From assembly GCF_006345805.1 (NCBI RefSeq), contig NC_042998.1, positions 199,330,001 to 199,394,000 of the forward strand: 64,000 bases of DNA, read 5' to 3'. The notes beneath the pieces are model-generated. The model searched no databases. It had not been told where the DNA came from and was given only the letters and a program-made list of their open reading frames with translations. This document shows, one piece after another, positions 11,894 to 25,884 of the stretch. Each line of letters opens with the position of its first letter. Position 1 is the stretch's first letter. This DNA comes from Octopus sinensis (taxonomy: Eukaryota). The translations under genes and the position numbers were made by a program.

Positions 11894-12466
11894 CGTTTAT
11901 AAATAATACCGGCACCCATAGCCCTTGGTAACAAATTCTGAAGTAGCCTTTAAGATATCTACGATTAACCACTGCAAGGGGAATTACTCCTGTAAGACAA
12001 ACGGGGCTTGGTTTTTTCACAGCGGGGGGCTTCCTTGACAAGGCAGGCTTAGATGAACACACACACACATAAAACATAATATATATATTTTTTTTTTCTG
12101 CCACCCAACGGTTCTCGCGGCAGTAGCCACTGACAGCCGAACGATCAAACGCACACACGTACACAAAAAATGTTTTCTACCCCTACGCCAACACACACAT
12201 ATATAGAACAGTATACACACACACACGTCTCTAAGTAGATTTTTTCTCGCCCCTTATAAAACATCCAATATTCCTTAAATAGTCAGAACTTTATTCTCGG
12301 TCACAAAGAACACCCACATGGTTGACCGATGCCTGACCCGTTAAATTCTTCAGCCACCGGTTCTCAACATACACTGATAAACAGTTTCGCCATGGGCTCT
12401 TAGGAGCATAGTTCGATTTGTTTTTGCTCCGCCTCTGTTCTGTTTTTGTTTTTCCAACGGATTTCC

Positions 12467-12560
12467 TATTTTCTTCCTGAAGAGAAAGACACAATATGGT
12501 CCCATTATTCAATCGGATTTTGGTAATTTGTGCCTTTCGAAACACGTGTAGAATGAAATA
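12467..12560 (+). ncRNA. Type I hammerhead ribozyme (intact core) in PLE 3' terminal region
   Basis: Stem I TATTTTCTTC/GAATGAAATA; CTGAAGA at 12477-12483; stem II GAAAG-a-CACAA...TTGTG-c-CTTTC; GAAA at 12539-12542; palindromic stem III ACACGTGT; GUA cleavage triplet, cut predicted after 12550. Confidence 0.88.
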
Positions 12561-12774
12561 AAACGATTTCTGTTCAATCTGCGTTCAGCTCCATTTCTTT
12601 TCACCATTCAATTCACCAATAATGTTTTAATTTCAATTATCCGCACCAACGCACGGTTGCAAACCCATATGGTTGTACCTCCAACTGTGCTGTTTACTGC
12701 TGTGATTTTTGCTACTAAGGTATCGGTTAAACTTTTGATTAATCTACTACAAGATTATTCATCTTTCTATTTCA

Positions 12775-12785
12775 CATATATATAT

Positions 12786-12858
<73 letters not shown>

Positions 12859-12895
12859 CATATACATATATATATATATACATATATATATATAC

Positions 12896-12966
<71 letters not shown>

Positions 12967-12990
12967 CATATATATATACATGTATACATA

Positions 12991-13022
<32 letters not shown>

Positions 13023-13040
13023 CATATGTATATATATATT

Positions 13041-13094
<54 letters not shown>

Positions 13095-13128
13095 CATAAT
13101 ATATATATATATATATATAATATATACA

Positions 13129-13178
<50 letters not shown>

Positions 13179-13205
13179 CATATATATATACATATATATA
13201 TACAT
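12775..13205. repeat. (TA)n microsatellite with interspersed CA
   Basis: Directly visible. Confidence 0.95.
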
Positions 13206-13539
13206 ACTGCCTTTCGCATCAAGTAGTTGGCGTGACCACGCGTATGTGTTTGTGCTCCGTTTGCCTTCAGGCACTTGTTCCACAGCCAGCCTATACTGAA
13301 CTCGTCCTGTCGAAAGACGCTTGTCCTGACGTCCTGGTCTTGTTATTATTGTTTTTACGTTATTGTGTATTCTTATCCGTGCTATCGTTATTGTTTTTAC
13401 GTATTTTTGAATTTTTTTGGAGTAACATCGTCCATTTTTCCGTCACCGTGTTGTATACTTTCGAGGTTTTCTTCCAAGGAATCTAATGCGACTGGCTTAG
13501 ATTTCCCTGGCGGGCTGCCCAGATTGGAGCAATCTCAAG

Positions 13540-13677
13540 ATTAATCAGCCGAAATTGCGAAGATGATCTGGTTCTTGACTGATGACTGAGAGCTTTGAAA
13601 GTCCCGTCTGTGTGTTTTTCTGTCGTCTTCAAAATGTTTCACGTTCTTGTCCCAGTTTGTGTTTTTTTAACGTTTAC

Positions 13678-13734
<57 letters not shown>

Positions 13735-13747
13735 CATATATATATAC

Positions 13748-13798
<51 letters not shown>

Positions 13799-13963
13799 AT
13801 ATATATATCTATATATATATATATTATGATATGTAAAAAAATACAAACTGTGACAAGAACGCATAACACTTAGAAGACGATACAAACAAACACAGACAGG
13901 ACATTCGAAGCCCTCAGTCTTCAGTCAAGAACCGGATCATCGTAGTAATTTCGGCTGATTAAT
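13540..13963. repeat. Inverted pair (~135-bp arms) of an interspersed repeat flanking a (TA)n tract
   Basis: ATTAATCAGCCGAAATTGCGAAGATGATC...TTTACA-(TA)n-TGTAAA...GATCATCGTAGTAATTTCGGCTGATTAAT; further copies at ~16893-17025 and, more diverged, ~54575-54720. Confidence 0.85.
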
Positions 13964-13989
13964 AATATATACATATATATATATTGTAT

Positions 13990-15900
13990 TGTTTGTGTGT
14001 TGCGTGCTTCGTGTGTGTGTGCGTGCGTATGTATACATACATACAAACACACACGCATGCATCCCTACCCACATATATACACATACATACACACACACAC
14101 ACGCATGCATCCCTACCCACATACATACACGCACACATACTTACACACACACACACATACATACATACTTAAGACATACTCACACACAGACATACACCCA
14201 TACACTCACACTCACACGCATACACACACACACATATACACGCACACGTACACACATACACACACCTACATACATACATTACACTTGTACACACACACAC
14301 TTACATTCATACATACACACACCTACACAGCCATGCCTTCACTCATACATACACACATACCTACATACACACACAAACACACACAGACACACACCCATAC
14401 ATACATACACCTATACACACACGCCTACACACATACATACACACATGCATAAACACACACACATACACATACGCACACACACATATACTTACACACATGC
14501 ACACACACACACACATACATACATACACCCATACACATACACACACACATACTTACATACTCCTATACACACATACATACACACAGACACACTCACACAT
14601 ACTTACACACACACTCACCTGCACGCACACACACATGCATGACACACACCCATACACTCACACTCATATACACGCACACGTACACGCACACACACTCCTA
14701 CACTCCCATACACACACAAACGCATACACACACACACGCATACATACATATATTACATACGTACACACACACCTACATACACTCATACCCTCAACCATAC
14801 ATACATACACACACACACAAACATACACGGACACACCCATACATACATACACACATACACCTATACACACACGCCTACACACCTATATACACACATATGC
14901 ATACACACACATGTACGCACATACACACACATATACGCTTACACACATGCACACACACACACATACATACGCACATGCATGCATGCACACGCGCACACCT
15001 ACACGCAGGCATACATGCATACACACACACGCACGCACACATACATACATACACACACATACATACACCCACACACATACACACATCAAGTACACACATA
15101 CATACACACTCACACATACACACACACACACTTACTCGCATGCACGGGCACACACATGCACATACACACACTTACACACATACACACTCATACACATACA
15201 CACACATACACACGGACATACATCCATACACACACATACTTACACACATTCAATTGGACACACTGACACCCAGACATACACACAGACACTCACACATCCA
15301 CACACACACATACTTACACACACACTCGCAGGTGCGCGCACATACATGCATGTGCACGTTCGTGCACTCATACCCGCATTCATGCACCACGCCCGTGGGT
15401 TCCGACTAGATCTCTTGTTTGTATCTGGGGCTGGCGTGTTTCTTGGGTTCTCTTACGCCTGTCTCCACGGGAGCACTTTTCCATCTTTCCCTCAGTTGCA
15501 GTTTGTTTCCTTAATACCCCCACCTTTTGTACACACACGCACACACATACATACACCCACTCCCACGCACTCACACACACACATTTGCATATATATATAT
15601 ACATTACACTTACACACACTTCAAATTTACTTGTCATACATACAACTACGCACACTGGACACACTACTCTCAACACGCACATGGCACTTACATACGCCCC
15701 CACCCATTCCCTCCCTCCTCTTTTTACCACTGACCACTGACTTGCTACTGCTATGTCAACTACCTTCCGCCCTACCTACACACACATACAGACGCACGCA
15801 CTAACATATACATATAATTTTTTTATCTCGCCTTACACACACATACACACATGCACACGTACACACTCACACATACATACCCATTATTCTTCTATACATA
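13990..15900. repeat. ~1.9-kb degenerate (CA)/(CATA) low-complexity tract
   Basis: Directly visible; source of the His/Thr-rich ORFs. Confidence 0.95.
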
Positions 15901-15995
15901 CACATCATTCTTTCCACTCTTGTTACCAACCTTCCTTTTTTCACTCTTTTGTCTTTAAAAACCAGCCCTTGTTATCCAAAACTTCCGGCCTTTCA

Positions 15996-16032
<37 letters not shown>

Positions 16033-16296
16033 TATTTATTTCTGGGTGAGTTAAAGGTTGCAAAACCAACTAAGGGATAGTACCTATCCAATATACTGCT
16101 GGTAGTGTGCCCAATTATTCATAGTCAAATGCTAGTTATTGCATGGCAATCTTGCAGTTGAGTATTATATATGGGTGGGAGTAAAAAAAAGTTATTTATC
16201 CATGGTTTATACAGTCAATAAGAAAACGGGAGAAGATATAAAATTGACAGACATATATATATATATATATACTTGGAAATGGATGTGTAGCATATA

Positions 16297-16344
<48 letters not shown>

Positions 16345-17165
16345 GCATGTGTAGGTACAGGATGTCACCAACAGTAAACAACATGAAATACGAAAACAAA
16401 TGAGTTGAATACGCAAAAAAACGGGAAACAAACAGAAAACACGACTAGTAACATAAAGAACGACTTTTCACCAGTTATCGACTGTCTATCTACTCCTCAT
16501 TTCAGGCATTGAATGAAAATATGAGTCTTCGAAGATAGTTGCTCCCATAAGTACCAAAATAAAATATGGGATTTATAAAGGTCAAAGTTAGTAACAAAAA
16601 CAGGACTGTTGAGACATGCAAGGAAACTGAATGAAAACAAACATGGGGGTTCATTTAGAGAAATATTTTCTTTGACAAGGGAAGACATAGAAGAGAGTAG
16701 TAGGATATGTTCAGTCCTTAGGACAGTCCTGAAAGAAAGAAAGATGACCGCATGACGAAAATAAAGATAGGCGATAGTCACGTGTGACATCCTGTACCCA
16801 TATATGCACGTGTATGTGTGTGTGTGTATAAATATATATATATACTTACATATAAGACCAAAAGGGTACAGGCGCCACTATATATATATGTCAAGATTAA
16901 TCAGCCAAAATTGCTAGGATGATCCAGTTCTTGATTGACGAATGAAGGCTTTGAATGTCCCGTCCGTGTTTTTTGTATCGTCTTCTAAATGTTTTGTGTT
17001 CTTGTCCCAGTTTGTATTTTTTTACATATACATTACACACACACACACACACACACAACACATACACACACACACACAAATATATGTATATTAATATAAA
17101 TACATGAAAGTACATAAAGTTTGTAAAAAAAAAAAGGGGATCATGTATATACCTCCTGGCTGTTG

Positions 17166-18600
17166 AGATCATAACACCTCGTTGTAAACAATGTTCCTTG
17201 TTTTTCCTTGTGGAGCATATACAAAAAGGTTTCTTTTGGTTCCTACTCTTGAGCAGCCAACATACAGTTGCCTATGCCAGAAGCAGGGCTCTTCCAAGAA
17301 AAGACCAGCTACAGAGAGGGTTTGACCCTGAGATTTGTTAATGGACATGGCAAAGCTGACACGAAGGGGGAATTGCAGTCTTCTGAATGTAAATGGAATT
17401 TCTGCTCCTGATGGAGTAAGAGGAAATCTTGGAATAAAGACGTCATCACCTTTTCCACATCCAGAAAGAATGATTGCCTCGATAATGTGTGACATCATTT
17501 TCTTTATCACCAGTCATGTTCCATTGCAAAGTCTTGGTGATTCCAGATTGCGGAGTAGCATTACAGGAGTTCCAACTTTAAGTGGTAATATGTGTGGAGG
17601 TAGTCGAAAAGGGCTCCAGTGAATTGAGAAATTCAGGAGGATAGTTCACAACTTCATTTATATCTGGAATTGTATCAACAGACTTGTAAGTGTGTATAGT
17701 GCTGGGAAGAGAATGCATTAGCTGTTGATTACTTTTTTTAACAAGCGACGTTTTTGGGAGTTAATATTGTTCTTTCACACAGCCAATTGTGATTTTGGTA
17801 GTTTTGTGTGAAGTTGGGAAAGACTTTGTTTTTGAAGTCATCTACAGAATTAACAACAGAGGAAAATTACCACACTTCCATTTGTCCTGCAGCATCAAGA
17901 GGCATCTTGCCTTCACCAAGTGTCAAAATGTCCTGTGCAAACTTTGTGGACATTTTGTCGCCGTGTAGCTGAGCTCTCATGTTAATGGTGAGACTAAAGA
18001 TTGTAACATGATGCCACAGGGTAGAAGATTTTAGGCATGCTTGAATTTCATCAGCTCTAGTGCCTTTCAGAATGACAAGAAGAGTTTGCCTGAAATCACC
18101 TGACAACAGAAGTGTTACACCTCCCATTGGAGCCTGACAGTCTCGGATGTCTTTCAGGGCTCTATCTAATGCTTCCAAAGCTCCCTTGTGAGCCATAGTG
18201 TACTCATCCCAGACAATTACATAACACATTTTAAGTACTTGTCCTTGATCTGAGCTTTGTTGATGTTGCATGAAGGCATTTTGGATGCTGCTAAATTGAG
18301 AGGGAGTTTAAAAGTTGAGTGTGCTGTCCTGCTACCGGGTAACAAAGTAGCTGCAATGCCAGAGGAGGCTACAACTACTGCAATGTCCTGATGCTACCTA
18401 ACTTCTGCAAGGAGAAGCTTTGTAATAAATGTTTTTCCTGTCCCTCCAGGAGCATCGAGGAAGAAGATTCGTCCCTCGCGTTAGCGTACACTGTTAAGAA
18501 TAGTTCTGTAGGCCTGCAGCTGGTCCAGAAGTAATTTAGGCTCATTTTCAACAATGTACTTTGAAAGCGCTTGAGTGTCGTAGGTTGTATATATGTAGAA
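17166..18600 (-). pseudogene. Helitron RepHel PIF1-type helicase fragment, disrupted
   Basis: FFLDAPGGTGKTF (Walker A), ASSGIAATLL, DEYTM, GGVTLLLSGDFRQTL, RLQFPLRVSFAMSINKSQGQTL, QLYVGCSRV, TRNIVYNEVL*; stops and frameshifts present. Confidence 0.9.
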
Positions 18601-18730
18601 AATCCACTGAGAAGGCTTTTGTTGGTCTGAAGCTACAGCAGAAGACACATGCCAAGTCACCACACAGTGGGACTGAACCCAGGACCATGTGTTTGGAACG
18701 TAGTTTGTTACCACGCAGCCACACCTGCCC
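18598..18730 (-). mobile_element. SINE family A 5' fragment
   Basis: AAATCCACT...AGAAGACAC...GTGGGACTGAACCC...CCACGCAGCCACACCTGCC. Confidence 0.7.
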
Positions 18731-19664
18731 CTATGTGTGTGTGCGTATGTGTGTATGGGTAGATATATTATGCATGTATATCTGTATATATATATGTGTA
18801 CATATTACATGTACATCTATATATATATACATCTACACATAAAATACAAAATACAAAGTTATATCTCGATATCGCTAGTGATAAGAATACTCAAAATATA
18901 TAACAGACTGGAATTGTAGGCCCGTCTCTTGCAATTTCGATCAATTGGATCTTGTCCTCCCTCTTGTATAGAAGTGTATGGCTGCAGTGAAATTAATTTT
19001 TGGACTTTCTTCTATCGAAAGAATTTTAACAAAAATGCTTCCGTAAAGAAGGTGAAAATATTGTCAATTTCCCCTAACAGGGACACACTTCAACTTTTAA
19101 ACAATAACCAAAGCCCCTTCTCCGAAAGGGGGAGGGTTACGGTTTATAATTATTTAACAAATGCAACACAACAACGTTTCCCTGACCAACAAACGTGATT
19201 ACAATAGTCAAACAGTAATAAAAATAACAACAAACCTTTTTAATTTATCCCCATTTATGTGAAACCACTTATTCAAGTCATTGATGCAATTTTATACGAA
19301 TTGCTAATACACAAACACACACACACACACATAATAAGGGTGAAAAATTGAATATTAATTTGATTAATATGAATTGAAAACCAGTGGTGTAGCATATAAG
19401 ATCATAGCGGATCTTCCTCTAGCAAAAAGGATGACTAGTATTGAAATGAGAGAAGCAAATCGTAAAATATTGAGTTTTCTCGAATTTTTGCTTAATTGGG
19501 GGGCAAAGTGAAAAAACTTTACATGCCATGACCCAATCGAATCTACTTGGAAAAATCATAGGTAAATTCTAATTGAAGAAATTCTATATTGTAGAATTGT
19601 ATTAAAAAGAAACATGGGAACAGGCAGAGAAAATCTGCCTTTTATCATAAGAGATACATACAAA

Positions 19665-20130
19665 GTAAGATAGGGGTTATGGGTGTAACCCAGTATGGGA
19701 TAGTATTTATCCAATATACTGTTGGTAAAGTACCCAGATTCTTAATACATAAATGTTTTTAATACCAATGCAATTAACTCATTTATTGTATTAAACATGT
19801 GAAGGTAAAGAAATATTTTTACCATAAATTTATAATATAAATAAGAAAATGGAGACACAAATTTAGTTTGTTCATCAACTTTCGGATATTAGAATGTTGG
19901 ATTATTTATTCATTTAACAAAATGAAAATCTCAATAGCATACATTTATATATCTTATAATTCAATACATATAAGATAAGAATACAAATTATAAAAGACAT
20001 AATATAAATTATTGAAATCATTAAAATCATTGCTTACAGCTGTTTCAACCTATGGCTAAAAGTAGTTAATTTTATTTTTATTGCCTATAGTTGTCAACAT
20101 AATGAGGTTGTAGGCTTTTAAAAATAGGTT
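19665..20130. mobile_element. Family B repeat with a decayed hammerhead-like motif on the minus strand
   Basis: Head matches 4141; TACAGCTGTTTC at 20035-20046 is the reverse complement of GAAACAGCTGTA. Confidence 0.55.
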
Positions 20131-20411
20131 ATAAGGAACTATAAAAATATTAATATTAATACATTAAACATGATGCATATATTATTTAATATATATAAAA
20201 AATATGAACAAATATCCGTATAGACTTATACATATATACACATATACATACATAAGCAAAGTGTATATATTATTTACATGTGTAAAATACATAAATAAAC
20301 ACAATTAAACAATAGGTCCAAGTAGATATAACGTACGTCATATACATATATATACATACATTGGAACATATAAACACATCTATGATTATGACCAGATAAA
20401 TAATCAATTAT

Positions 20412-20447
<36 letters not shown>

Positions 20448-20540
20448 GTTTACCAATAATAACAATATTATAACACGTCTATGCTTATGACCAGATAAAT
20501 ACCAATCAATTATTAATAAAAATACTGTTATTATTATCAA

Positions 20541-20573
<33 letters not shown>

Positions 20574-20682
20574 GTTTATCAATATTATATTTATAGTAAT
20601 CTTCAATAGATCATACATATTATAATAGATTCTAACATATCAAATAATTACGATACAAATAAACACTCAACAATCGATACAA

Positions 20683-20757
<75 letters not shown>

Positions 20758-21045
20758 CATACATATATATATGTATACAAATATACATGCATATAAACAT
20801 ATAAAACATACAGTTAGACTATGGTTTTCAGTATATACATCCTCTTAATACAAACAGGTTTAATTGTAATGTCCAAATGAGTATTTTTTCTTTTCGTCAA
20901 AGTTGAAGTTAATCCATCTAAATAATATATTATCGTAAAATAATTCAACAAATTTTTTTTTTTTAAATAAAGCTTTTGATTATGTATGATAGATAAGCCA
21001 CAATATCTATGCTTTATGTTATATTAATATTTTAGAATTTCAAAA

Positions 21046-23200
21046 TTATTGGGAGTTAGGGAGCGCTTGGTGGCTCTCAAGGTGCCAAGCACCCTTCCTC
21101 GGTCTATACCTAATCCAGGATTGCAGCTCAGTCAAAGAGACAGCTGCCAAGTATTGATTGTTGACCCTATCAAAAGCTTTAGATTGGCCTAAATTAATCA
21201 GAGCCCCACCCATGCCATTTTTGTTACCCCCACTCTCCAAAATGTAGCACAGAAGATGGAGGTTATCGTGAATACTCCTGGTTGGGATGACGCAAGTTTG
21301 CACCATGCCAATCTCTTGGGTAACACCTTGGCCAAAATCTTCAATTCTTCATTGAGCAGAGTGATGGGCCTGAAATTCTCTATAATGTCCCCCTTGTTTG
21401 GGTCCTTTCTCACCAGTGCCACTACCCCTCAACAGACAAAAGTGGGAATTCTCCCATTTTGCTGCCAGTCGCAGTAGACATCTGTTAAGAGGCCCGCAAA
21501 CAAGTCTGGCATTGCAGTATAAAGCTTGTAGGGCAGACCATCCAAACCCGGCAATCTACCTCTCATGCAACTCTTCATCACTTCCTGTGTTTCCGCAGCT
21601 GTTATCAGCCTTTCGCAGCAGCACTCCACCTCCCTCCCCAAGAGTCATGGCAGGCTGTCCAGGTGGACACCAAAGTCTACCGTTATCCATCCTACCATTC
21701 ATCCTGAACAGTCAAGCAAAGTGCCAATGAAAAGCAGCAAACATCTGTTTCGGCTTGAGCACCATGTATCTACTCTGGTCCACCAAAGACTGAATGGTGG
21801 CTTGATTACCACTTTTTGTCTCCGCTATGTGGGACCATCGTAATGCTTTCATTCCCTCCCCACTTTGTGAGCGTGCCTTAGTTCTGACAATACAGCCTTT
21901 GTGTTTGGCGTCGAAAAATTGGTTGAGGGCCAACCTTGGTGCCAACACATCAGTTGCAATGCCTGTCCTAAGTGCCTCATCTAACTTTCTAGCTAAATCC
22001 CCCTCTATTCTATTTCTTTCTACTGCTAATGCCTTGCTAAACCTAATCAATTCTACTCTACTTGCCCTTTTATGAGCAAACCACCAATTGTTGTTGACGA
22101 TTACACCCGTCATCGCCCGCTCAACTAAATCACTAATCTGGTCTCTGTAAGCTTGACATGCCGATAATGATGTGTTCAGCTTCCAATAACTGGGTAGAAG
22201 CCTGCCTAAGTCGACCGTACAGATCACAAATTTGTGGTCTGTGTAGCCGACCATGTGAAATTGTGGGCACCCTATGCTATCCTTGTCCGCTGGCCTACAA
22301 AATACCTAGATACAGTCTTGATGACCCAATGCAGTTTATCCAAGTCCACATTGGTACATTCAAGTAATCTAGTGGGTACCTATCACACAATTGAAAACCT
22401 GTGAGCAGGTTTTGGAGGCTTTTGTACCCCACTCTCCTATCAGATACTCCCACGCAATTGAAACATCCATCTAAGACAGCGTTCCCCTACTAATACTAAG
22501 ACGTTCCCAGGAAAACCTCCAGACATTTGAAGTAATCAGACCGCCCTGCCCCTGTTGGAGCATAGGTAGCCACCAGTCTGAAAGCACTGCTGTTCACATC
22601 TAGGACCACTAACTTACCTTCTGGATCCAAGAAGACTGCCTTTATTTTCAAATTTGGACTCTTCCGGAAAAACAACCACCTCTCAGCTGACACGGAGATA
22701 TGTAGATCTCGTCTCCACAGAAAAAGGTGATGAGGTCCCGTGGGCCGGATAGTCTAGATTCACTAGTGGCTGCAACATCTACACTAAGGGACATCAGGTC
22801 ATTTAAAAGGTGACCTTGTTTCCAAAGCAACCCAAGGCCCCTGACATTTACACAACCTATTCTGAGAATGACCATTGTAAAATAAATTTAGAGAAGAGCT
22901 CTACTTACCATTGTTGTATGGCAGCGTTGTGCCCCTGGTCTTTGTTGTGGGCGTTTCCGTGAGGTTTTTATAGTCTGTTGGAAAGTTTATTTTCAAAGTG
23001 CTGTATCTTTCCTGTAGCATTTTAAAAATCTGTATGTGTAGTGGTGTTGTGTGTGTGTGTTGGAAAGACTTGGTCTTCCATTGTGGTGTCTGTGTGTTAT
23101 TAAGGTATTTCATGAGGTCTGTGTTGTTAGTGTCGATGGCTGTGAGGTTGGTAGTGTTTGTGCAGTCTGCTTGTGTCGGTGTTTGAATTTGTCATGGCTG
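21046..23200 (-). pseudogene. Tx1/L1-clade LINE fragment: ORF1 tail, then ORF2 APE endonuclease and N-terminal RT, 3'-truncated
   Basis: ORF1 stop at 22901; ORF2 MVILRIGCVNVRGL (ATG 22875), LVATYAP, TDHKFV, YWKLNTSL, PGLDGLP, NFRPITLLN...KILAK, SKAFDRV; ends abruptly at ~21046. Confidence 0.88.
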
Positions 23201-24155
23201 GAATGTTTTTCACCATAATCTACTCAGTTGGGACTGAGGATATGACAAAAAAAAAATCCATATACAAATGAGGTTTCTTTGCTCATTTTACATCTCTCTA
23301 ATACCATGGTGTTTTTAATGAAAACTTCATTATCAGCTTAATAAATCAACAGTCTCATTCTCCTTCTCTTTCACTTGCCCTTTCTTTCTCTGTAGTTTTC
23401 TCCCATTCTTCCTTTTCTGATAATTAATTAATGAATTAATTATTCCAAATTTATTTATATATTTATTTCACCCTAGAGATTCCTAAGATCAATTAGTTTT
23501 GACTTAACCTATTCAAAACTAGTTTTCTTTTTTTTTTTCTTTTCCTTTTAGAAGTGAGATGTGATGGAAGTGTTGGTGATGATTAATGATGCCTTATATT
23601 AATCAAGAGCCCAATGGTTGTTTATTAATGCAATTTACAATTCCTCTTGCTTCAGAGATAGAAAACATAAAATGTTAATCCTATTTCTTCATATACACAT
23701 GCATGCACAAAAATGGATCTTTATTGGTTTTAACAATGAGTATCAATATACTGAACTACTTGCTCCTAGAATCAGTGTATGCAGTTGAGTATTTCTCAGA
23801 CACATATACACTTAATATAATTTGTACAATACAGGATAAGTCTGGCACAGTGTGCCAAGCTTGCACCTTTTAAACTACAAGTACAGTCCATTAAAACATC
23901 TTCCATACAGTTTCATCTACCCACTTTTGCTTACAAGGCTTGGGTTGACCTGAAGCCATTGTAAAAGACACTTGCTCAAGATGCCATACTCTGGTAGCAC
24001 ATCTGAGACTTCAACTTCTTAATCTATTTAATCATGTAAAATGCAAATATGCAACTTAACTTATCAACTACAGTGCTAGCCTGATTTACGGCTGAATTAA
24101 ACACCATATCTTCATACCGGCACCATATAAAGAGCACTCATACTGGTGCCATGTA

Positions 24156-25373
24156 TTGGGTCATCCCATTAATAATGTGGTTTTTTATATTTATTTTATT
24201 TTTCAAAATTAAGATAAAGTTCTTTTATAATCTAAAATACACTTTCTACAATGCTTTTCTATCTGTCGGGTAGATTTGCAAGTTCCCTCTTCCAAAATCC
24301 ACTTGTCCGTGAGGAAAAATATTCCTCCAGAACTATTCTGACCTCATCTACAGAATTCATATTTTTTCCATTCAAATGATTTTGAAGACTGCAGAATAAA
24401 TGATAATCAAATGGGGCAATGTCTGATGAATATGGTGGGTGGGGCATTGTTTCCCATTCAAACTTCTCCAGCTTTTGGAATGTCATCCTTGCTGTATTTG
24501 GTCGAGCATTATCCTGATGGAAGAACACCCTTCCGTCTTGAAACAAAAGATGGTCATAAGCCACTCAAGCTGTTTGCAGTAGGTCTCCTTTGTTATCATT
24601 TGGTTTGGATTTAAAAGTTTAAAGTGAACTAGACCTTTCATATCCCACCAAACAGATAACAACACCTTATGTGGGTGGGGTGCTAGTGCTTCTTTTTCCC
24701 TTACCCACTGTCTTCGGTGCTTGACATTTTTATAGAGACACCATTTCTTGTCGCTAGTCACTATTCGGCCCAAAAAAGGTGCATTCGTGGGACCTGATAG
24801 CAAAGAAGAGCACACATTTACTTTCTGCACATAATTATACTTGGAAAGTTTGTGGGAAACCCATTGACCTAATTTGTTGACTTTTCCGATGGCATGCAGG
24901 TGTTGATGATAGGTTGAATAACCAAATCCATGCTTCTCTGCTAGTTCCTCAATAGTTACGATGGGATTTTGTTCCATCAAGGTTTGCAGAACATCTTCAT
25001 TGAGCTCTGCAGATCTTCCAGGACAAGGCTCATCTTCTAGGCTGTAGTTTCCGACTCGGAATTTCTGGAACCACTGTTGACACTGGCTTACGCTTATTGT
25101 CCGATGTTCCTATACTGCATTAATATTCCTCACACTTTCCGTTGCATTGTTGCCTTTATTAAACTCATAAAGCAAAATATGCCAAATATGCTCCTTTGTC
25201 ACTTGAAAACATAACTGTTAAAACTGCCCTCTTCAAAACTTGCACTAAGAATACAGATAAAGTAAAATTACTACCTGCTTTTATAGCAAGTTGATGCAGG
25301 TAGTTTATCCCATTCCCCTCCAACTTTTTGTTCATGCAATTGAAAACAGCGCAATAGTTATGGGATGACCCAA
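24156..25373 (-). mobile_element. Full-length decayed mariner (DD34D) transposon with TIRs and TA TSD
   Basis: TA|TTGGGTCATCCCA...TGGGATGACCCAA|TA; transposase ~25210 to 24259 with HILLYEF, WVSHKL, IVTSDKKW, VWWD, HQDNARP and HPPYSSDIAPFDYHLF; inserted into an RTE-type 3' tail repeat. Confidence 0.92.
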
Positions 25374-25734
25374 TAAAAAGTACTTATGCTGGTGCCACAT
25401 AAAAGCAGCCAACACATTCTGTAAAATGGTTGGCATTAGGAATGGTACCCAATCATTGAAACCATGCCAAAACAGATAAATAGAACCCGGACAGCTTTCC
25501 GGCTGGTCAACTATTGAACCGTCTAACCCATGCAAGCATGGAAAACAGATATTAAATGATGATGATGATGAATATTCTGTGCTGTTACTTGGGAAGGAAA
25601 CCATTTATATCTTCTAAAGAATGGTTAACAAACTGTGAAAGTTCATCTGGATATTTCTGTCTTCTTAATTTTTCTGCTCACATCAAAAGCATGTTTATAT
25701 TCTTATTTCTCTCACAGCTGGGCTTGATAATAAT

Positions 25735-25852
25735 CTTTTACCTTTTATCTTTTACTTGTTTCAGCCATGTACTTTTTAAGCTTATACTGAATCACTAAGT
25801 TACAGGGACATAAACACACCTACGGCGGTCGTCAAGTGGCCATGACACACAT

Positions 25853-25884
<32 letters not shown>

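Larger units (their letters stand above)
9018..12778 (+). mobile_element. Penelope-like retroelement, nearly full length, with terminal direct repeat (9018-9159 ~ 12648-12778)
   Basis: RT and GIY-YIG ORF between direct repeats; hammerhead in the 3' region; inverted upstream duplicate; whole composite flanked by (TA)n. Confidence 0.92.

Noticed and set aside
13470-13600. Hammerhead-like spacing TCTT-CCAAGGA...GCC-GAAA-TTGCG-AAGA and nearby CTGATGA...GAAA
   Set aside because: Two core substitutions, no stem II closing pair and no NUH triplet; too degenerate to call.
12657-15900. Long ORFs rich in Y/I, H/T or C/V (also at 1103-1622, 5221-6006, 43336-43602, 60118-60948)
   Set aside because: Translations of microsatellite and low-complexity DNA.
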